A stretch of DNA of 64,000 bases from an uncultured Gemmatimonadaceae bacterium (GTDB lineage Bacteria; Gemmatimonadota; Gemmatimonadetes; Gemmatimonadales; Gemmatimonadaceae). The stretch lies in NCBI GenBank assembly GCA_963843845.1, contig CAWJMB010000002.1, forward strand, positions 3,200,001 to 3,264,000. The letters run 5' to 3'. Below, one piece after another: positions 59,853-64,000 of this stretch. The notes under the pieces were generated by a model. It had not been told where the DNA came from. It worked only from the letters and a program-made list of their open reading frames with translations, and made no database searches. Position 1 is the first letter of the stretch, and every line of letters begins with the position of its first letter. The translations under genes and the position numbers were made by a program.

Positions 59853-59950
59853 GGAGGTCCCGTGAAGCCGGTCTGTCGCGCCGCTGCGTCTCCGAAGACG
59901 ACTCGGCGGCCGCGGCGCCACGCGGGGGCGTGGGGGCTACTGTGGAGAGG

Positions 59951-59978
59951 GTATCGGCAGCGGCGGGCCTGGACTTGA
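59951..59978 (-). promoter_or_regulatory. Sigma-28 promoter of fliD
   Basis: TCAAG-N15-GCCGATAC. Confidence 0.75.
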
Positions 59979-59981
59979 CGA

Positions 59982-60010
59982 CGACGGCGGACCACGAGGG
60001 TCCGCCGTCG
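59982..60010 (-). terminator. Hairpin after flagellin
   Basis: cgacggcggacc...ggtccgccgtcg. Confidence 0.55.
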
Positions 60011-60049
60011 CCACGTCACGCGCCGGGTGCGGCGCTCACGGCGTCTCGA

Positions 60050-61204
60050 TCAGCCGCGGAGCAGCTCGAGGATCCCCTGCGCGCCCTGGTTCGCCTGCGA
60101 CAGCATCGACGTCGCGGCCTGCTGCAGGATGTTGTTCTTCGTGTACTGCGTCATCTCGTACGCCATGTCGGCGTCGCGGATCGTCGACTCGGCGGCCTGC
60201 GTGTTCTGCAGCATCGTGGCGACGTTGCTCGATGCGAAGTCGAACCGCGACTGTGCGGCACCGATGAGGCCGAGCGCGTCGTTGGTCGAGCTGATCGCGG
60301 TGTCGAGGCGGGTCAGCGCGTTCTGCGCGCCGTTCGTCGCGTCGGCCGCGAGCGTGAGGTCGATCGTGTCGAGGTTCAGCGCCGTCGAGTCGGTCGCGAG
60401 GTTGAACGCGTTCAGCTGGATCAGGTCGCCGTTCGTGACGTTGCCGTAGTTCGCGCTCCCGCTCGACGACACCTGGAACTGCGCCGAGCCGCCGCCGACG
60501 ACCACCGTGCCGGACGTTGCCGCCGCCGTCGTGACGAAGCTCGTGCCCGTGTTGATCTTGACGCCGATCTGGTCGAAGTTCAGCGTCTGCGCGCCGGCGA
60601 CCGTCGAGAGCTGCTGCGTCACGGTCGTGCCGTTGACGGTCTTGCTCGCGGTCATCGTCGCCGCCGTCGCCGTGGCGAACGTGATCGTGCCGGCCGCCGC
60701 GCCGTTCAGGTTGATCGCCGCGATCTCGCCGGCGGCGGCGAGCGCACCGCTCGCGAAGTCGCCCGTGCCGCTCGTGACCTTCGCGCCGAACGAGCCGTCG
60801 ACGAGCTTCGAGCCCTGGTAGGACGTCGTGTTCACGATGCGGCCGATCTCCGAGCGGAGCTGCGCGAACTCGTCCTGCAGCTTCTGCTTCTGGTTGCCGA
60901 TCGTCGCCGAGTTGGCCTGGACCGAGAGCTCCTTCATGCGGTCGAGAATCGTGCTGATCGTCTGCGTCGCGCCGTCCATCACCTGCAACATCGACGTGCC
61001 CTGCGCGGCGTTCTTCCCCGCCTGACCGAGCGCGCGCCCCTCGGCGCGGAGCTGGTTCGAGATCGCGAGGCCGGCGGCGTCGTCGCCCGCGCGGTTGATG
61101 CGGAAGCCGGACGACAGCTTCTGGATCGACCGCTCGCTGGCCATCGCGTTCCGCGAGAGGTTGCGCAGGGCGCCGTTCGCGGAGGTATTCGTCTGAATGC
61201 GCAT
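60050..61204 (-). CDS. fliC: Flagellin
   Basis: 'MRIQTN..KLSSGFRINRAGDDAAGLAIS', 'IRDADMAYEMTQYTKNNILQQAATSMLSQAN'. Confidence 0.97.
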   Translation of the reverse strand: MRIQTNTSANGALRNLSRNAMASERSIQKLSSGFRINRAGDDAAGLAISNQLRAEGRALGQAGKNAAQGTSMLQVMDGATQTISTILDRMKELSVQANSATIGNQKQKLQDEFAQLRSEIGRIVNTTSYQGSKLVDGSFGAKVTSGTGDFASGALAAAGEIAAINLNGAAAGTITFATATAATMTASKTVNGTTVTQQLSTVAGAQTLNFDQIGVKINTGTSFVTTAAATSGTVVVGGGSAQFQVSSSGSANYGNVTNGDLIQLNAFNLATDSTALNLDTIDLTLAADATNGAQNALTRLDTAISSTNDALGLIGAAQSRFDFASSNVATMLQNTQAAESTIRDADMAYEMTQYTKNNILQQAATSMLSQANQGAQGILELLRG

Positions 61205-61292
61205 ACGAGTCTGTTACTCCCTTAACAGAGGTGGCGGAGCGTCCGTGCTCCCCTTGAACTGCCTCGGCGTCACCGTGGCGCCGACACCTCTG

Positions 61293-61319
61293 TTATCGGC
61301 GAGGGGGGCGAGACTCTTA
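61293..61319 (-). promoter_or_regulatory. Sigma-28 promoter of flagellin
   Basis: TAAG-N15-GCCGATAA. Confidence 0.85.
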
Positions 61320-61329
61320 ACTGTGCACC

Positions 61330-61607
61330 GCGGGGTCGGTACGGCGGGGGCGGCGCGGCGGTGACTGGACTGCGTCGCTGCGATGCCGATGACGCGCGGT
61401 CGGTGCGGCGCTGGCGGTGAGGCGTGGGAGGCGAACGAAAACGACCTGGAACTCGAAACCGAGCGCCAGGTCATCTCGTGCACACACGTCCGCATGCTCG
61501 CCGTACCGTCAGCGCGGTACCGGCCGCGCAGTACCGGCCGCGCGACTACGCCGTGCAGTCACCGCCGTGCAGTCATCGCCGCACCGCCCCCGCCGTACCG
61601 ACCCCGC
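61330..61607. repeat. 38-bp inverted repeats (2 mismatches) enclosing ~200 bp
   Basis: 61330-61367 versus 61570-61607. Confidence 0.8.
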
Positions 61608-61623
61608 CGTACCGACCCCGCAG

Positions 61624-62112
61624 TCACAGATTCAACGCCGCCGTCACCGAAAGCGCTTCGTCCCCCAGCACGATCTGCCTCGCCACCTTCCGCTCCGCAT
61701 CGAGCACGAGCGGCGCCCGCAGATTCGCGCTCGCCCCCTCCCCGTCTCGCGCCGGCAGCGTGACGATCACGAACGCCGTCAGCACCGTCTCCTCGGTCGC
61801 GCCGAGCGCGCTCAGCTCCGCGGGAGGCACGTCGACCGCGTGCCCTGGAAAGAACACGAACGGATCCGCGAGCAGGAAGATCAGCGCCTCGCGCTCGACC
61901 GACTGCATCCACCACAGTCCGTCGCGCCCCGCCGGGATCAGCGCGTACGACCGACAGTGCTCGAACCCGTACAGTCCCGCCGGCATCGCGACGAGCGCGT
62001 CGCGCGACACGAGGACCGGGCCGAGCAGCCGCGAGGGTACGACGAGCGCGTCGGGCGAGCCGGCCGCGTCGTTCGTCGAGCCGCCAGGCACCGTCGCCAG
62101 CGCCGCGCTCAT
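61624..62112 (-). CDS. fliW: Flagellar assembly factor FliW
   Basis: 'GLYGFE', 'WMQSVE..LIFLLADPFVFFP', 'SANLRAPLVL....ARQIVL'. Confidence 0.9.
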   Translation of the reverse strand: MSAALATVPGGSTNDAAGSPDALVVPSRLLGPVLVSRDALVAMPAGLYGFEHCRSYALIPAGRDGLWWMQSVEREALIFLLADPFVFFPGHAVDVPPAELSALGATEETVLTAFVIVTLPARDGEGASANLRAPLVLDAERKVARQIVLGDEALSVTAALNL

Positions 62113-63029
62113 CGGATGTAATCCAGCAGACTCATCCCCATCACCTTGGACGATGCGAGCATCGCCGCCTGATACGCCGTCTGCCGCGACACCATCTCGG
62201 TGATCGCCTGCTCCATGTCGACCTCGGACAGGTCCGACCGGTACGCCGTGACGTTCGCCTCGAGCGCGCCCAGACTCGTCTCGATCCCGTCGATCTGGTT
62301 CTGCCGCGCGCCGACGTCGCCGACGAGTGCCTGCACCGCTTCGAACGCGACGTCGAGCCGGCCGTGCGCGCTCGCCACGGCGGTCGTCGTGTTCGTGAGC
62401 AGCGCATCGTGGAGCGACTGCAGCGCGTCGAACACGCCGCTGTCGAGAAACACCGTCTTCCCGTCGTGCGCGCCGGCCATCGTCTGCCCCGACGCGATCT
62501 CGACGGTCCGGACGCCGGACGGCACGAGCGGCGTACTGCCGCCGCCGGGGATCGCGACATACGTCGGCGCCGTCGCCGTCTGCGCCTCGTCGAACGGCGG
62601 CTCGGTCGCGGCGCTCATCCCGCCGAACAGATATGCCTCGCCGAGTCGCGTGTTGCCGAGCTGCACGACCTGCTTGATCAGCTCCGCGACCTCCGCCGCC
62701 GCCGCCTCGCGCGTCGACACGCTCGCCGTCGCGCCGGTCGACGCGATCGCGAGCTCCTTCGCCCGCGTCAGCACCTGCGTCACTCCGTCGAGCGCCGAGT
62801 CCTCGGCGTCCAGCTCGGAGCCGACGCGGCGCACGTTCGACTGATACTGGGTGATCGCGCGCAGCGCGCTCGACGACTGCATGATGGCCGTCCCCGCGGT
62901 CGGGTCGTCGGAGACCGTTCGCACACGCAGTCCCGTCGTCACCCGCTCCTGCGCCTCGGCCAGACGCGCGGCGCCGGTCGAGAGGCTGCGGATCGTGTCG
63001 CGGGTCGTGAGGGCGTTCGTGACGCGCAT
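62109..63029 (-). CDS. flgL: Hook-associated protein 3 FlgL
   Basis: 'MRVTN', 'VTTGLRV..SDDP', 'YLFGG', 'VGARQN', 'AYQAAM...MSLLDYIR'. Confidence 0.92.
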   Translation of the reverse strand: MRVTNALTTRDTIRSLSTGAARLAEAQERVTTGLRVRTVSDDPTAGTAIMQSSSALRAITQYQSNVRRVGSELDAEDSALDGVTQVLTRAKELAIASTGATASVSTREAAAAEVAELIKQVVQLGNTRLGEAYLFGGMSAATEPPFDEAQTATAPTYVAIPGGGSTPLVPSGVRTVEIASGQTMAGAHDGKTVFLDSGVFDALQSLHDALLTNTTTAVASAHGRLDVAFEAVQALVGDVGARQNQIDGIETSLGALEANVTAYRSDLSEVDMEQAITEMVSRQTAYQAAMLASSKVMGMSLLDYIR

Positions 63030-63277
63030 GCGGGCTCCTGGCGGCGGGAGAGAGGTCGTCCGTCCCGTGGACGCGTGGCCGGCGAGTGGGGTCACGGCGA
63101 GGCCTCCGGCGGCGGACGGCGGGACCGACGACCGCTCGGCGGGAGGGAACGGCGCCGGGGTGACGCGTACGGCGACCTCGCTGCCGCGCGGCGGATCGCC
63201 CGCGGGCGACGTCCCGCGGCTGCCGATGCGTCCCGCCGTGCAGTCGCCAGTCGCCGTCGGCCGATAGATTGGCCCGC

Positions 63278-64000
<723 letters not shown>

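Noticed and set aside
61214..61495. 93-aa minus-strand ORF between fliW and fliC as csrA
   Set aside because: Lacks the MLxLxRK..E CsrA signature and runs through the repeat arm and promoter.
63260..63267. GCCGATAG upstream of the NtrC-like gene (also at 15367-15374) as sigma-28 promoters
   Set aside because: No TAAA/CAAG-like -35 at 15-nt spacing.

Overview
Very GC-rich bacterial DNA. The PEP-CTERM proteins, the flagellar gene set and the strongly recurring GTTAGGC heptamer suggest Gemmatimonadota; that assignment is inference only. Left to right the window holds: a TonB receptor plus heme/iron-type ABC transporter (1-4296); an acyl-CoA dehydrogenase; a PEP-CTERM protein; VanZ-like and Na+/H+ antiporter genes; a ~1.7 kb A/T-richer islet (11275-13131) flanked by 76-bp direct repeats and encoding a fulvocin C-like Cys-rich bacteriocin precursor, whose core is hidden by a 1-nt frameshift, plus a membrane protein; a Kir-like channel with a non-GYG filter, an SPFH protein and a small Zn-finger protein; a DUF4394 PEP-CTERM protein; wrbA, MarR, YfcH-like, VOC and AlkA genes. 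Next is a ~31 kb co-directional, largely stop/start-coupled gene string (20907-51663). In it a Wzx/Wzy exopolysaccharide pathway runs directly into a TE-less NRPS (C-A-T-C*-A*-T), a hybrid A(Thr)-T-KS-AT-ACP-aminotransferase and two atypical alpha/beta hydrolases. After that come a GH44 lipoprotein, a third PEP-CTERM protein, a late flagellar cluster (flgM, fliS, fliD, fliC, fliW, flgL) with four sigma-28 promoters, and a truncated NtrC-type regulator. The best candidates for undescribed biology are the NRPS/PKS-EPS operon (a putative polysaccharide-decorating assembly line), the bacteriocin islet, and heptamer-built palindromes inserted in-frame in coding sequences. Many unrelated genes carry 1-nt frameshifts, probably assembly errors. 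All calls are by eye; no database searches or GC computations were run.
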